Shown here piece after piece: positions 37,297 through 47,155 of a DNA stretch of 64,000 bases. The notes beneath the pieces were generated by a model. The model was not told the DNA's origin. It searched no databases and saw nothing but the letters and a program-made list of their open reading frames with translations. Every line of letters starts with the position of its first letter. Position 1 is the stretch's first letter. A program made the translations under genes and the position numbers. The stretch lies in the NCBI GenBank assembly GCA_050015075.1, contig JBEKCB010000009.1:32001-96000 (forward strand). The letters run 5' to 3'. The stretch comes from Candidatus Brocadiia bacterium. GTDB lineage: Bacteria > Planctomycetota > Brocadiia > CAIUPP01.

Positions 37297-38139
37297 ATGA
37301 CTGCGCTTGAATTCGTCCTCATCTGCTTCTTCGTCTCCATCGTCGGCGGGTTCATCGGCTCGCTGCTGGGGCTGGGCGGCGGGCTGATCGTGATCCCGAT
37401 GCTGACCCTGGCGCTGAAGGTGGACATCCGCTACGCCATCGGCGCGAGCATCGTCTCGATCATCGCCACCTCCAGCGGCGCGGCGGCGGCGTACGTGCGC
37501 GAGCGCATGACGAACCTGCGCGTGGCGATGGTGCTCGAGATCGCCACGACGCTCGGCGCGCTGACCGGCGGTTACATGGCCGGCCGGATCGCCGGGCGCT
37601 GGCTGTTCGTGGTCTTCGGCGTCGTCATGGCCGCCTCGGCGGTGATGATGCTGCGCAAGCGCCGCAACCTGGCCAGCGACGAAGGCGAGGGCACGCCGTG
37701 GGCGAATTACCTGCGCCTGCACGGCAGTTATTACGACGGCGCGCTCCAGAAGGAAGTGCCTTACCGCGTCGTCCGCGCGCGCCTGGGGCTGGGGCTCATG
37801 TACATTGCGGGCATGATGAGCGGGTTGCTGGGCATCGGCTCCGGCGTGCTCAAGGTGCCGGCGATGGACCTGGGCATGCGCCTGCCGATCAAGGTCTCCA
37901 CCGCAACGAGCAACTTCATGATCGGCGTCACCGCCGCCGCCAGCGCGGGGCTGTACTTCGCGCGCGGCGACATCAACCCGTTCATCGCCGGGCCGGTCGC
38001 GGCCGGGATTCTCGTCGGCGCGATGGTCGGCGCGCGCGTCATGGGCCGGCTGCATAACGCCCTCATCCGGTACGTCTTCGTGGTCGTGTTGCTCATCGTC
38101 TCGGTGCAGATGCTTCTCAGGGGACTGAAAGGAAATTAA
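37297..38139 (+). CDS. TauE/SafE family sulfite exporter
   Basis: GSLLGLGGG, AIGASIVS, GLLGIGSG, STATSNFMIG. Confidence 0.92.
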   Translation: MTALEFVLICFFVSIVGGFIGSLLGLGGGLIVIPMLTLALKVDIRYAIGASIVSIIATSSGAAAAYVRERMTNLRVAMVLEIATTLGALTGGYMAGRIAGRWLFVVFGVVMAASAVMMLRKRRNLASDEGEGTPWANYLRLHGSYYDGALQKEVPYRVVRARLGLGLMYIAGMMSGLLGIGSGVLKVPAMDLGMRLPIKVSTATSNFMIGVTAAASAGLYFARGDINPFIAGPVAAGILVGAMVGARVMGRLHNALIRYVFVVVLLIVSVQMLLRGLKGN

Positions 38140-38573
38140 TGACCTCCAACGGCTCCGACGCGGCATCGCCTTCCGCTCCGCCAGAGGACCGGCGCGTGGT
38201 GCGCGTGGAAATCGTCATCAGTTGGGTGCTGCGCGTCGGCGTCGTCACGAGCCTGGCGGTCGTCCTCGTCGGCCTGGTGCTGATCTTCGTGCACCATCCG
38301 GAACTCCTGACCTCGACCACGCGATTGCAGGACCTCACGCAGCGCGGCGCCGTTTTCCCGCACACCCTGTCGGAGGTGTTCCAGGGCGCGCTGCGCACGC
38401 GGGGCGAAGCGATCGTCGCGGTCGGCCTGTTGCTGCTGATCCTCACCCCGGTCACCCGCGTCGCCGTCTCGATCCTGGCGTTCGTCTACCAGCGCGACCG
38501 CGCCTACACGTTCATCACGCTGACCGTCCTCATCATCCTGCTGATGTCCTTCGTGATCGGCCGGCTGGAGTAG
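38139..38573 (+). CDS. DUF1634 membrane protein
   Basis: VLRVGV..GLLLLILTPVTRV; coupled to the TauE gene. Confidence 0.88.
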   Translation: MTSNGSDAASPSAPPEDRRVVRVEIVISWVLRVGVVTSLAVVLVGLVLIFVHHPELLTSTTRLQDLTQRGAVFPHTLSEVFQGALRTRGEAIVAVGLLLLILTPVTRVAVSILAFVYQRDRAYTFITLTVLIILLMSFVIGRLE

Positions 38574-38589
38574 GCTGCGCAGCGGAAGC

Positions 38590-38618
38590 TTGACCTCCAA
38601 TGCCGCGCCTGATATACT
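38590..38618 (+). promoter_or_regulatory. Sigma70 promoter with extended -10, upstream of etfB
   Basis: TTGACC-17-TATACT with TGn. Confidence 0.6.
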
Positions 38619-38726
38619 CCGCTTCCCGAATGCCCGTGTTCACGCAAACAGGCGGACGCCTTGTCCGCTTGCGCCTGACGGAGCCGGGCGCAATGTTCCT
38701 CCTGGTCTCTGAAGTAAGGTGGCACT

Positions 38727-39653
38727 ATGCCATATCACTGCATCGTGCTCGCGAAGCAGGTCCCGGACACGAAGAACATCACCGGGCAGGCGATGAAGGA
38801 CGACGGCACGGTCAACCGCGCCGCGCTGCCGGCGATCTTCAACCCCGAGGACCTCAACGCGCTGGAGCTGGCGCTGGACCTGCGCGACCGGTTCGGCGGG
38901 CGCGTGACGCTGATTACGATGGGGCCGCCGGCGGCGTGCGAGCTGCTGCGCGACGCGCTCTATCGCGGCGCGGATGAGGCGATCCTCCTGTCCGACCGCC
39001 GCTTCGCCGCCGCCGATACGCTGGCGACCTCCTACGCGCTCGGCTGCGCGATCCGCAAAATCGGCGACTTCGACCTGGTCATCGGCGGCCGGCAGGCGAT
39101 TGACGGCGATACCGCCCAGGTCGGCCCGCAGACGGCCGAGAAGCTCGGCATCAACCAGGTGACGTACGTGGAGAAAGTCCTGAAGCTCGACGGCCGCACG
39201 ATCGAGATCGAGCGCGCCATCGAGGGCGGGTTCGAGCGCGTCCGCGCGCAACTGCCGCTGCTGCTGACGGTAACCGGAACGGCGAACGAGCCGCGTCCGC
39301 CGCGCGCCAAGCGACTGCTCCAGTACCGCCGCTACACCACCGCGCCGGAGATCGCCGGCCGCATCCGCAAGCAGATCGAGCAGTCCGGCCGCACGCCGAC
39401 CGACGCCGAAATCGCCGCCGCGGCTGCCCCGCTCGTGGAGACCGCCGTCCGCGAGAAGCGGACCTTGACGCTCTGGGACGCCGATACCGTCGGCGCCGAC
39501 GCCGCCAGGATCGGCGGGCGCGGCTCGCCGACGAAGGTGAAAAAAATCGAGTCCATCGTCCTCAAGGGCCGCGACCTGGCCTGGATCGAGCCGAACGACG
39601 AGGGCGTCCGCGGGCTCGTGAAGGGACTCGTGGAAGAACATATCATCGGGTAA
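38727..39653 (+). CDS. etfB: Electron transfer flavoprotein beta subunit
   Basis: KQVPDT, TMGPP, ADTLAT, GRQAIDGDTAQVGP, GSPTKV. Confidence 0.95.
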   Translation: MPYHCIVLAKQVPDTKNITGQAMKDDGTVNRAALPAIFNPEDLNALELALDLRDRFGGRVTLITMGPPAACELLRDALYRGADEAILLSDRRFAAADTLATSYALGCAIRKIGDFDLVIGGRQAIDGDTAQVGPQTAEKLGINQVTYVEKVLKLDGRTIEIERAIEGGFERVRAQLPLLLTVTGTANEPRPPRAKRLLQYRRYTTAPEIAGRIRKQIEQSGRTPTDAEIAAAAAPLVETAVREKRTLTLWDADTVGADAARIGGRGSPTKVKKIESIVLKGRDLAWIEPNDEGVRGLVKGLVEEHIIG

Positions 39654-39713
39654 GAGACTTTCGCGCGCCGCGCGGCCACGGCCGAAAGGCAGAAAATTTA
39701 TCGCGCTATTCGC

Positions 39714-39742
39714 TTGACATACAAGAAAACTTATGATATACT
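39714..39742 (+). promoter_or_regulatory. Sigma70 promoter with extended -10, between etfB and etfA
   Basis: TTGACA-17-TATACT with TGn. Confidence 0.65.
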
Positions 39743-39830
39743 CCCGCAAGCGAATGAGGGCTGAAGAGCGGCCGCGTGTCGAAGGTTGCAAGTTGTTGAC
39801 GGGGAAGAACCTAACGCGCAAAAAGCGAAT

Positions 39831-39976
39831 TGAAAAAACGAATCCAAATTGATTTGAAAAAACGAACCCGGCTTGTCCTAAACTGTGGTTCGTAGCAAAA
39901 AGGAACGCGAGCGGGAATCACGTCTTAGGCAGGAACGAGGCGATCTGAAAAAACGAACCCAATTTGTCGTAAACTG
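39831..39976. repeat. Direct repeats TGAAAAAACGAAYCC x3
   Basis: Copies at 39831, 39855 and 39946; the last two extend to GTCSTAAACTG. Confidence 0.8.
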
Positions 39977-39997
39977 CTGTGCTGAGGAAGAAAACGA

Positions 39998-41014
39998 ATG
40001 TCAGGAAAGAACGACGTAATGGTGTTCGTCGAGCAGAACGAAGGCCGGGCCGCCGACGTCTCGCTCGAACTGGTCTGCAAGGGACGCGAGTTGGCCGACC
40101 GGCTGCGCGTGGGGCTCTCGGCGGTGGTCTGCGGCGAGCACATCGCCGGCCTCGCGGAGAAACTCGTGGCGCACGGCTGCGACGAGGTCCACGTCGCCGA
40201 AGACGCGCGGCTGCGGCAGTATCGCACGCTGCCCTACTCGCGCGTGGTGAGCGAGGTGATCCGCAAGGCGCAGCCGCAGATCGTCCTGTTCGGCGCCTCG
40301 CCCGTCGGCCGCGACCTGGCCCCGCGCATCGCCAGCGAACTGAAGGCCGGCCTCACCGCCGACTGCACCGACCTCCAGATCGGCGACCACTCCGAGCCGG
40401 GCGGCGGCAAGGAATACAAGGACCTGCTCTACCAGATCCGGCCCGCCTTCGGCGGCAACATCATCGCCACGATCGTCTGCCCCGAGACGCGCCCGCAGAT
40501 GGCCACCGTGCGCGAAGGCGTCATGAAGATGACCCCGCCCGACGCGAAGCGCAAGGGCAAAATCCTGCCCGCGAAGGCCGCGTTCCGCGACGAGGATTTC
40601 CTGCTGGAGATCCTCCACCGCGAGCACAAGGAGAAGACCGTCAACCTGCGCGCGGCGAACATCGTTGTCAGCGGCGGCGCCGGCGTCGGCAGCAAAGAGA
40701 ATTTCAAGCTGCTCTTCGACCTGGCGCATGCCATCGGCGGCGTGGTCGGCGCCTCGCGCTCGGCCGTGGACAGCGGCTTCATCCCGAAGGATCACCAGGT
40801 CGGCCAGACCGGCACCACGGTCCGGCCGAAACTCTATATCGCCTGCGGCATCTCCGGCGCCGTGCAGCACCGGGCGGGCATGCAGGAATCCGCGAAGATC
40901 ATCGCCATCAACACCGACCGCGAAGCGCCGATCTTCGACGTCGCGCACTACGGCATCGTCGGCGACCTGAACGTGGTCATCCCGATGCTCATCAAGGCGT
41001 ACAAGAGCAAATAA
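39998..41014 (+). CDS. etfA: Electron transfer flavoprotein alpha subunit
   Basis: GLTADCT, RPAFGGN, QVGQTG, GISGAVQH. Confidence 0.96.
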   Translation: MSGKNDVMVFVEQNEGRAADVSLELVCKGRELADRLRVGLSAVVCGEHIAGLAEKLVAHGCDEVHVAEDARLRQYRTLPYSRVVSEVIRKAQPQIVLFGASPVGRDLAPRIASELKAGLTADCTDLQIGDHSEPGGGKEYKDLLYQIRPAFGGNIIATIVCPETRPQMATVREGVMKMTPPDAKRKGKILPAKAAFRDEDFLLEILHREHKEKTVNLRAANIVVSGGAGVGSKENFKLLFDLAHAIGGVVGASRSAVDSGFIPKDHQVGQTGTTVRPKLYIACGISGAVQHRAGMQESAKIIAINTDREAPIFDVAHYGIVGDLNVVIPMLIKAYKSK

Positions 41015-41076
41015 GAAGTATGAGTGATGAATGACGAAGCACTTCCTCATTCATCATTCGCAGTTCCGACTTCCAT
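41015..41076. repeat. Short inverted heptamer element (GAATGAY / TCATTCR)
   Basis: aagtat gagtgat gaatgac gaag...tcattca tcattcg cagttcc gacttcc. Confidence 0.65.
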
Positions 41077-41090
41077 TGTGAGGTGAGCCC

Positions 41091-42830
41091 ATGGCGAATT
41101 TCTTCACCGACAACGCCGACATCCGCTTCCACTTCGACACGATGGACCTGCGCGAGATCGTCGCGCTCAAGGAAGGCGATTTCAGCGAGCGGCAGAAATT
41201 CCCGTACGCCCCGGCTTCGCACGAGGAAGCCGTGGAAGGCTATCGCCGGATTCTCGAGCTCGTCGGGCAGATCGCCGGCGACGTGGTGGCCCCGCGCGCG
41301 CCCGACGTGGATGCCGAAGGCGCGCAGCTCCATGACGGCGTGGTCACCTACGCGCACGGCACGCGCGAGGCGCTCAAGGCGCTCTCCGGCGCCGACCTGA
41401 TGGGCTTCACGCTCCCGCGCCGCTACGGCGGACTCAACCTGCCGACGATCCTCTACACCTCCGCGATCGAGATGGTCTCGCGCGCCGATGCGGCGCTGAT
41501 GACGATCTTCGGCCTGCAGGATATCGCCGAGACGATCAACAGCTTCGCCTCCGAGGAGCAGAAGCAGCGCTACCTGCCGAAATTCTGCAGCGGCGAGGTG
41601 ACCGGCGCGATGGTGCTGACCGAGCCGGACGCCGGAAGCGACCTGCAGGCGGTGCGCCTGCGCGCGTACCAGGACCCGAGCGGCCAGTGGCGCCTCAACG
41701 GCGTCAAGCGGTTCATCACCAACGGCTGCGGCGACGTGCTGCTCGTGCTCGCGCGCACCGAGGAAGGCACGCGCGACGGCCGCGGGCTGAGCATGCTGGT
41801 CTGCGAGAAAGGCCCGAAGGTGGTCGTCCGGCGGATCGAGAACAAGCTGGGCATCCACGGCTCGCCGACGTGCGAGCTGCACTTCAAGGACACGCCCGCC
41901 GAACTCGTCGGCCAGCGGCGGCGCGGGCTGACGAAGTACGTGATGTCGCTGATGAATGGCGCGCGTATCGGCATCGCCGCGCAGGGGCTGGGCATCGCCG
42001 AGGCGGCCTACCGCGACGCGCTCGCTTACGCCGTCGAGCGCGAGCAGTTCGGCAAGCGCATCGTGGACATGGCGCAGGTCGCCGACCTGCTCGTCTCGAT
42101 GAAAGTCGGCATCGAGAGCGCGCGGTCGCTGCTCTACGAGACCTCGCGCGTGGTGGACCTGGCGCAGGGTTACGAGCGCCTCGCCGAGACGGCGGACCGC
42201 AACGATCCGAAGACGAAGGAGATCAAGGAGAAGAGCGCCCGCTACAACCGGCAGGCGAGCATCCTCACGCCGATGTCGAAGTACTACTGCTGCGAGATGT
42301 GCCTGAGCGTCACCAGCGCGGCGATCCAGGTCCTCGGCGGCAGCGGCTACATGCGCGACTACAACCTCGAACGCCACTACCGCGACGCGCGCATCACCAC
42401 GATCTATGAGGGCACCTCCGAACTCCAGGCCGTGGCCATCATCGCCGGCCTCAACGGCGACAAGCTCGACGACTGGTTCGCCGGGCGCGCCGACCGCACC
42501 TACGAGGGCGGCACCGCGCTCCTCGCCGCGCTCGCCAGCCAGACGCAGCAGCGGCTGAAGGACGCGATGGGCTTCCTCAAGGCCGAGGCGAACACCGAGT
42601 ACACCGACCTGATGGGCAAGCGCCTGAGCGATACCGCCTGCGCCGGCGTCATCGGCCTGCTCCTCCTCGAAGAGGCGCAGCGGTCGCCGCACAAGCGCAT
42701 CATCGCCGAGAAGTTCATCCGCGACAGCGCCATCCGCACCGCGGCCAACCACACGGCGATCACCTCCGGCAACGACCTGGTGCTGCGCGAGTACAAGACC
42801 CTGCTCGGGCCGGACCTGCCCAAGGCTTGA
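41091..42830 (+). CDS. Acyl-CoA dehydrogenase
   Basis: LTEPDAGSD, KRFITNG, KLGIHGSPT, REQFG, LGGSGY, IYEGTS. Confidence 0.95.
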   Translation: MANFFTDNADIRFHFDTMDLREIVALKEGDFSERQKFPYAPASHEEAVEGYRRILELVGQIAGDVVAPRAPDVDAEGAQLHDGVVTYAHGTREALKALSGADLMGFTLPRRYGGLNLPTILYTSAIEMVSRADAALMTIFGLQDIAETINSFASEEQKQRYLPKFCSGEVTGAMVLTEPDAGSDLQAVRLRAYQDPSGQWRLNGVKRFITNGCGDVLLVLARTEEGTRDGRGLSMLVCEKGPKVVVRRIENKLGIHGSPTCELHFKDTPAELVGQRRRGLTKYVMSLMNGARIGIAAQGLGIAEAAYRDALAYAVEREQFGKRIVDMAQVADLLVSMKVGIESARSLLYETSRVVDLAQGYERLAETADRNDPKTKEIKEKSARYNRQASILTPMSKYYCCEMCLSVTSAAIQVLGGSGYMRDYNLERHYRDARITTIYEGTSELQAVAIIAGLNGDKLDDWFAGRADRTYEGGTALLAALASQTQQRLKDAMGFLKAEANTEYTDLMGKRLSDTACAGVIGLLLLEEAQRSPHKRIIAEKFIRDSAIRTAANHTAITSGNDLVLREYKTLLGPDLPKA

Positions 42831-42973
42831 CGGAAAGCGGGAAATGCACGGCGCAGGTTCCCGGGCTTCGCGCTTCCCGTTTTTCGCTCGCCCAGGCTGC
42901 CCCTTGCTTGCGCCCCTCTTTTGTGCTATGAAACTAGCATGGGGGCGGCAGCGGTTCGATTCGGGAGGCGGTT

Positions 42974-44272
42974 GTGGCGGAGATTGACCCGTTCCTCAAG
43001 ATGGGCCGTCAGATTGACGCGTCCGACGTCCACATCGCCGTCGGCTCCCCGCCGATGATCCGCCTGAATGGCGCGCTCCGCAAGGTGAAGTACCCGGCCT
43101 TCACGGCCGACGACACGAAGCGCCTCTTCCACGAGATCCTGACCCCGGAGCAGGTGAAAGAGCTCGACAATGAGTGGGAGCTCGACCTGAGCTACGACTC
43201 GGGGGAAGCCGGCCGCTGCCGCGCGAACATCTGCGTGCAGAACCGCGGGCTGGACGGCACCTTCCGGCTCATCCCGTCGGTGGTCAAGGGGCTCGACGAC
43301 CTCGGCTTCCCGCCGGTCGTCAAGAAGTTGCTGGAGTACCGCCAGGGCATGATCCTCGTCACCGGCAAGGCCGGCTGCGGCAAGACCACCACGCTCTCGG
43401 CGATGATCAAGCACCTCAACGAGCGCCGCTACGACCACATCATCACCCTCGAAGACCCGATCGAAATCCTCCACCCGATGATCCACTGCCAGGTGACGCA
43501 GCGCGAGGTCGGCGTCCACACCTCGTCGTTCGGCCGCGCGCTCCGCGCCTGCCTGCGCGAGGACCCGGACATCATCATCGTCGGCGAAATGCGCGACCTC
43601 GAGACGATCTCCAACGCCATCACCGCCGCCGAGACCGGCCACCTGGTGCTTGCCACCCTTCACACGACCAACGCCGCGCGCACCATCGGCCGCATCCTGG
43701 ACGTGTTCCCGCCGAGCCAGCAGGGCCAGATCCGCACGATGCTCGCCGACGCGCTCCGCGGCATCATCTCGCAGCAGCTCGTTCCGACCTCCGACGGCAA
43801 AGGCCGCGTCGTCAGTCTCGAGGTGCTCGTCGTCACGCCGGCCATCTCGAACCTCATCAAGGAAGACCGCACCTTCCAGATCCCCTCGCTGATGCAGACC
43901 GGAGTCAAGCTGGGCATGCAGCTCATGGACGACGGCCTCTACAAGCTCCTGCAGCAGGGCGTCATCACGCCGGAGACCGCGCTCGAGCGCGCCTACGACC
44001 GCAGCAAGTTCACCGACCTGACCAAGACGCGCGAGCGGCAGATCAACTGGGAGGAGTTCATGGCGCTGCCGGACGACAAGGCGAAGAAGAAACTGCTCAT
44101 CCAGATGGGCACGGTGCTCATGGACCGGAAGACCAAAGCCGCCCATTCGATCAAGCGGGAGCGCGTGCCGTTCCTCTTCTTCCAGACCAAGCACGGCAAG
44201 CTCCCCGAAGATGCGATCTGGGCGGAGCTCACGCGGCTTTATCCGGAAGTCGCCTTCTCGGCGGAGGAGTAA
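42974..44272 (+). CDS. pilT: PilT/PilU-family ATPase with C-terminal extension
   Basis: ASDVH, GKAGCGKTTT, ITLEDPIE, REDPD, GEMRD, TLHT, AISNLIKE. Confidence 0.9.
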   Translation: MAEIDPFLKMGRQIDASDVHIAVGSPPMIRLNGALRKVKYPAFTADDTKRLFHEILTPEQVKELDNEWELDLSYDSGEAGRCRANICVQNRGLDGTFRLIPSVVKGLDDLGFPPVVKKLLEYRQGMILVTGKAGCGKTTTLSAMIKHLNERRYDHIITLEDPIEILHPMIHCQVTQREVGVHTSSFGRALRACLREDPDIIIVGEMRDLETISNAITAAETGHLVLATLHTTNAARTIGRILDVFPPSQQGQIRTMLADALRGIISQQLVPTSDGKGRVVSLEVLVVTPAISNLIKEDRTFQIPSLMQTGVKLGMQLMDDGLYKLLQQGVITPETALERAYDRSKFTDLTKTRERQINWEEFMALPDDKAKKKLLIQMGTVLMDRKTKAAHSIKRERVPFLFFQTKHGKLPEDAIWAELTRLYPEVAFSAEE

Positions 44273-44305
44273 CGTTGAGCGGCGCCGAGCGTGGAAAGGT
44301 AAGTT

Positions 44306-45391
44306 ATGGCCCAGGCCGATGAATGGCTGCTGAAGATGCGCGCGCTCGGCGCCTCGGACCTGCACCTCTTCGCCGGGTCCCCGCCGAAGCTCCGCATCAC
44401 CGGCGACCTGCACCCGACGAACGAGGCGATCCTGACCAACGAACGCCTCCGCGAAATTCTCCCGGAGCTTTGCACGCCCCAGCAATGGGAGAGTTTCGTC
44501 AAGGACAGCGACATGGACTTCGCGTACGCCATTCCCGGGTACGCGCGCTTCCGCACGAATTACCTGATGCAGCAGTTCGGCATCGGCGCGGTCATGCGCA
44601 TGATCCCGGACAAGATGCTGACCTTCGAGGAACTCGGCCTGCCCAATACCGTGCTGCAGTTCGTCGAACTCGGGTTCGGCCTCGTCCTCGTCACCGGGCC
44701 GACCGGCTCGGGCAAGACCACCACGCTCGCGAGCATCATCAACTACATCAACGACCATTACCGCCGCCACATCCTCACCATCGAGGAGCCGATCGAGTTC
44801 GTCCACCAGCACAAGCAGTGCCTCATCACGCAGCGCGAGGTCGGCCTGCACACGCACAATTTCGCCGCGGCGCTGCGCTCGGCCATGCGCATGGACCCGA
44901 ACGTGGTCCTCGTCGGTGAAATGCGCGACACGGAAACCATCTCGCTGGCGCTGACCTGCGCCGAGATGGGCATCCTCGTCTTCGGCACCCTGCATACCAA
45001 CAGCGCCTCGAAGACCGTGGACCGCATCATTGACGTGTTCCCCGCCGAGGAGCAGGCGCGCATCCGCACCATGCTCGCCGGCTCGCTGCAGGGCGTCATC
45101 GCCCAGCAGTTGCTGCGCACCGCCTCGGGCAAGGGGCGCGTCGCCTCCTTCGAGGTGCTCGTCGCCTCGCCGGCGCTCGGCAACCTCATCCGCACCGCGC
45201 AGACCGCGAAGATTGACTCCATGATCGAAAGCGGCGGCAAGATGGGCATGCAGACCATGGATTCGCACATCCAGAAACTTCTCGATGCCGGCACGATCAC
45301 CGGCGAAGAGGCGTACATGAAGGCCTTCGACAAGAGCAAATTCGAGAAGCACTGGAGCTTCACCGTCGAAGAGGACGAAGAAGCGAAGTGA
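44306..45391 (+). CDS. pilT: PilT/PilU-family ATPase
   Basis: ASDLH, GPTGSGKTTT, EEPIE, GEMRD, TLHTNSA, NLIR. Confidence 0.92.
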   Translation: MAQADEWLLKMRALGASDLHLFAGSPPKLRITGDLHPTNEAILTNERLREILPELCTPQQWESFVKDSDMDFAYAIPGYARFRTNYLMQQFGIGAVMRMIPDKMLTFEELGLPNTVLQFVELGFGLVLVTGPTGSGKTTTLASIINYINDHYRRHILTIEEPIEFVHQHKQCLITQREVGLHTHNFAAALRSAMRMDPNVVLVGEMRDTETISLALTCAEMGILVFGTLHTNSASKTVDRIIDVFPAEEQARIRTMLAGSLQGVIAQQLLRTASGKGRVASFEVLVASPALGNLIRTAQTAKIDSMIESGGKMGMQTMDSHIQKLLDAGTITGEEAYMKAFDKSKFEKHWSFTVEEDEEAK

Positions 45392-45405
45392 ACTCGAGCG
45401 CGGGC

Positions 45406-45473
45406 ACTGCTCCCCGTTCTGCAGTCCCCACTCGACAGTTCGCACTCCTCAGTCCGGACTCCTCACTCCGCGC
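45406..45473. repeat. Heptamer tandem repeat (CASTCCN), single arm
   Basis: cagtccc cactcga cagttcg cactcct cagtccg gactcct cactccg. Confidence 0.7.
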
Positions 45474-45504
45474 TTAAGTCGCGAGGAAGGAAGGAGCGAG
45501 CGAC

Positions 45505-46026
45505 ATGGGAGCCGTCGGCTACGTCATCGTCGCGCTGGTCATCACCGTCGTCGTCCTCGTCGCACTCTTCACGGTTTACCGGAGTCGCGGCCAACGGCCG
45601 GACCTCGTCATCCACATCAGCGCGCCGGTCATCAAGCCGGTCAACAACCGCCCGGAGTGGTACCTGGATTTCGTCGCGGAATTCGCCAACGTCAGCCCGG
45701 CCGCGCTCTCAGTCGTCGGCTTGCGCTCGGCCGTCTCCGCCCCGAAGCAGGCCCCGCTCGAGGCCAAGCGCATCCTCGGCGACGACGAGAGCCAGCGCCA
45801 CGCCGTGCACCATCCGCCCGACATCGCCCTGCGCCTGCCCATCGCAGTCGCGCCCGGCCGCCGCGTCAACTACCGCTTCCACATCTTCTTCTCCGTCCAT
45901 CTGCGTCGCATGTGGGACAAAGGACTCCTCCACCTTTACGCGACCGCCGACGACGGAGCCGCCTACGAAGCCGTCCGCGTCCTCACCGCGCCCGAAGACG
46001 AATCCGCCAGACCGCCCGCTGAATAG
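45505..46026 (+). CDS. Hypothetical protein with N-terminal TM anchor
   Basis: AAGGAG RBS; host-like codon usage. Confidence 0.7.
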   Translation: MGAVGYVIVALVITVVVLVALFTVYRSRGQRPDLVIHISAPVIKPVNNRPEWYLDFVAEFANVSPAALSVVGLRSAVSAPKQAPLEAKRILGDDESQRHAVHHPPDIALRLPIAVAPGRRVNYRFHIFFSVHLRRMWDKGLLHLYATADDGAAYEAVRVLTAPEDESARPPAE

Positions 46027-46344
46027 CCCCGCCTTTAATCGCAGTTGAACGCTTTCCGAGTACCCCGCATTCTCACACACATCTGTCTGATCGTTTCAGC
46101 CATGCGGCACTGACAACCGGCCCTATCGGCGGACGGTCTCCTTCGCCCAGCGCGTGCCGCGTATGACGCTTTTCTACTATTGATTGTGGAAAAGGCTGTC
46201 TGGAGGCTGCATGACAGGTTGTGAAAAGCTGCAAGAATCGTCCGGGCGGGCACTACATATTGTATATAGGCTCAAATACCACACATCGCCTAGGTGTTTT
46301 TCCTATGGTAGCTCAGCGTTTTACCTCTAAAAGCCGTTTTTCTC

Positions 46345-46408
46345 TTGACTGTGGGGCTCGATTCCACTATTTTTATGTCATGTGTCTCTCAGTGGGGGTA
46401 AATCCCAC
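46345..46408 (+). promoter_or_regulatory. dcw promoter with two GTGGG-containing palindromes (candidate MraZ sites)
   Basis: TTGACT-17-TATTTT; GTGGGGCTCGATTCCAC fills the spacer; GTGGGGGTAAATCCCAC at 46392. Confidence 0.6.
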
Positions 46409-46441
46409 AGAGATACGATTTCTTTTTGCGGTGAACGACTC

Positions 46442-46939
46442 ATGTTCGTCGGTAAGTACCCAGTCCGGCTCGACGCCAAGAACCGGGTCATTGTACCGCA
46501 GCGACTGCGCGAGTCACAAATCGAGGGTGGCCCGCTCTGGTCGAAGTTCTATCTGACCCTCGGGACAGAATCCTGCATCGCCGTCTACACGCCGGAAGGC
46601 TGGCAACAGTTAATGCAGGAGATGGGCGCGGCGAAATCGGTGGTGGACGAGTCGGTGAGAATCCTTCAGCGCATGACCGCCGCAAACGTGGATATGCGCG
46701 AGTGTGACGCGCAAGGACGGGTGGTCCTTTCCGACGAGCTGCGCAGCCACGCGGGAATCACGCGCGACCTGATCTGGATCGGCGCGGTGTCCCGCGCGGA
46801 AATCTGGAACCCGGAACGCTGGGCTGCGTTCAACCGGAAACATATTGCGGAGCTGGGCGAGAAGATGGACATCGTCTCACGAGCCGGTCTCGCCCTGCCC
46901 GAACGAAACGATCCTTTGAGGAGAGGGCCGCAGGGCTGA
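46442..46939 (+). CDS. mraZ: Transcriptional regulator MraZ
   Basis: MFVG..LDAKNRV..P, DAQGRV, EIW; first gene of the dcw cluster. Confidence 0.92.
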   Translation: MFVGKYPVRLDAKNRVIVPQRLRESQIEGGPLWSKFYLTLGTESCIAVYTPEGWQQLMQEMGAAKSVVDESVRILQRMTAANVDMRECDAQGRVVLSDELRSHAGITRDLIWIGAVSRAEIWNPERWAAFNRKHIAELGEKMDIVSRAGLALPERNDPLRRGPQG

Positions 46940-47055
46940 CCCCGGCCTCTTCATCGCCTCCCGCATGGAGGCGCGGACAGAAGCGCAAATATGAGCAGCA
47001 CGATTCTCCGTAGTGAGAACAGTGTACGGGCTTGGCACCATCGGCATGGCGGCTT

Positions 47056-47123
47056 GCCCTGGAGGGGCGGGCGCTTCCGACAACATAAAATGTGCGGGAA
47101 GATGCAGCCCCCCCTCCTCGGGC
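47056..47123 (+). ncRNA. Long hairpin in the mraZ-rsmH spacer (candidate cis-regulatory RNA)
   Basis: GCCC/GGGC, GGAGGGG/CCCCTCC, GGGC/GCCC, CTTCC/GGAAG and ACAT/ATGT stacked stems. Confidence 0.45.
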
Positions 47124-47155
47124 ATTTCGCCGCCGGCCTGACCGACGAGGACGCG

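Noticed and set aside
39831-39976. Possible CRISPR array
   Set aside because: Only three short repeats with irregular spacing (24 and 91 bp), and no cas genes in the window.
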